Source of the DNA: Macrostomum lignano
Taxonomy: Eukaryota
Length of the DNA: 64,000 bases
Assembly: GCA_002269645.1 (NCBI GenBank)
Contig: NIVC01000095.1
Location: forward strand, 496,001 to 560,000
Reading direction: 5' to 3'
Shown here: one piece after another, positions 62,388-64,000 of the stretch
How the letters are laid out: every line of letters begins with the position of its first letter
Position numbering within the stretch: position 1 is the first letter of the stretch
The notes under the pieces: generated by a model
The model's database searches: none
What the model saw: the letters and a program-made list of their open reading frames with translations, nothing else
Told to the model about the DNA's origin: nothing
Made by a program: the position numbers and the translations under genes

Positions 62388-62973
62388 CTGACAAAACAAT
62401 TATAGGGATTGAATTGGAATTTTTTATGAAAGTCTCACTCTTACTTTTAATTACTCCCTTTTTATTTGCAATTGTAATTTACATTTTGCAATTTAAAAAC
62501 GAAAATTCCTAACATTTTAACAAATATGCCCTTTAGAATGCTACTTATATAAACAAAAAGTTATACATAAATTATAAGTAGGCACTACTTTTTGATAAAT
62601 AACTTTGAATTTCCAACTTTTCTAAGTAGCATTTTTATGAAAACCTGACTAGTTATAGATCCAGAAAATTTTGAATAGTGGTGCAGACAACTAAAGTGCA
62701 TGTTTATGTATATCATTTATATATACATGACAATGTGTATTCCCCCCCATTTTTTGAAATGACCCTATGCCTATAGTGTCCTCAAGCAAGATGCTTTACT
62801 CTAAATTGCTTTTGTTTACCTAGCGGGTGCTAGCATTAGCTGGGGTAATTGAAGGGTATCTGTTTCAATACAACAGCCAGCTATTAGCAGTTTTTAGATT
62901 TATCAAACAATAGTTAGGTCTCTAGCTGAGCTGCTAGTTGTATATTTGCCTATAAAGGCAAATGTAATCCATG

Positions 62974-63707
62974 AGGGGTGTCCCAAAAGTTCCCAGAATG
63001 TTTGCTCTAGCTCTTCAGTACCTTGACCAATTTTTGTCTTACATGTCAAACAAAAGATTATTTTTAACAAAAAATTGTCATTTGAATTTCTTTTCTATCT
63101 GGTTTTGGTCAAGAGTTACACCAGGAAATGCAAATGAAGGTCAGCACTAATGTTGTACAACCTCAAATGCCTATGGTGGTCCTTTTTCTATTATGAATTG
63201 TTTTGCAAAAGTGAACTTTGAATTTGTCAGAAAGATGTGGAAATGTCTATGGATCAAACCAGTGAAATTGCTGATCAGATCTGGTGTAGTACCAGCACTT
63301 GCTTACTCTATACCAAGTGCTTGCTTTTGGCTAAAGGTTTAAATTTAAAAAGCAAGCACTTGGTATGGAATAAGCAAAGTGCTGGTACCATACCAGATCT
63401 GATCAGCAATTTCACTGGTTTGATCCATAGACATTTCCACATCTTTCTGACAAATTCAAAGTTCACTTTTGCAAAAAATTGATAATGGAAAAAGGACACC
63501 ATAGACATTTGAGGTTGTAGTATAATATTAGTACTCACCTTTCTTCACATTTTCTAGTGTAACTCTTAACCAAAACCAGATAGAAAGGAAATTCAAATGA
63601 CAACTTTTTGTTGACACATTATCTTTAATTTGACATATAAAACATAAAAATGGTCAATGTACTGAGGAGCTAGAGCAAAGATTCTGGGAACTTTTGGGAT
63701 ACCCTTT
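62974..63707. mobile_element. ~730-bp palindromic (foldback) MITE with Tc1/mariner-like termini
   Basis: Arms ~62974-63328 and ~63347-63707 are inverted copies around a ~18-bp loop. Ends ggggtgtcccaaaagttcccagaat / attctgggaacttttgggataccc. Confidence 0.75.
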
Positions 63708-64000
63708 ATATTATTATTGTCAAAGGCCTCCTTTTATTCTTAATTTGTATACAAAAATTAAACTTTCTATGCCATTTTAAAATCTACATTTCTAAGAAAA
63801 CAATTTGCTTTAATATTTACATTTTTCAAAATATTTTTGTAATTTTTTTTGTTTTCTATGAACTGAAATTTTAATATCAATAGATGCATTTTGGAGTGAG
63901 AGATATATAGTTCAGCTTGGGTTAGGCCTAGCTTAGAAAACATAGGGGCCTAATAGTAGGCAATCCAAAAGAGCATATTGCCAAAAGCATTCTATACCAT

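Overview
Intron-rich animal genomic DNA, with no prokaryotic features, rRNA or CRISPR. GC-rich Ala/Gln/Ser-rich exons, minisatellite-filled introns and orphan splice acceptors next to start codons suggest a free-living flatworm such as Macrostomum (inference only). I reconstructed the genes by hand from GT-AG boundaries and phase checks. On the + strand: a divergent ER Hsp70 (BiP-like), CEP97, PGAP3, a UQCC2/Cbp6-like ORF, METTL25, an orphan 104-aa ORF and a cytosolic tyrosyl-tRNA synthetase. On the - strand: a small coiled-coil gene, a tandem cyclic-nucleotide-binding-domain gene and SNRNP27. The rest is more than 20 tandem-repeat arrays, several TIR elements with recognisable target-site duplications (some nested), a solo LTR and a ~730-bp palindrome. 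The top finding is the TyrRS: an 888-aa double-length single chain whose N-half keeps the catalytic motifs but has lost the anticodon-binding motifs, whose C-half shows the reverse, and which ends in an EMAP-II domain. This resembles the trypanosomatid pseudo-dimer architecture, here in an animal-type enzyme. Also notable are a BiP paralog lacking the ATPase catalytic residues and a UQCC2-like/METTL25 pair 60 bp apart in the same frame. All homology calls come from remembered family motifs; no database search was run.
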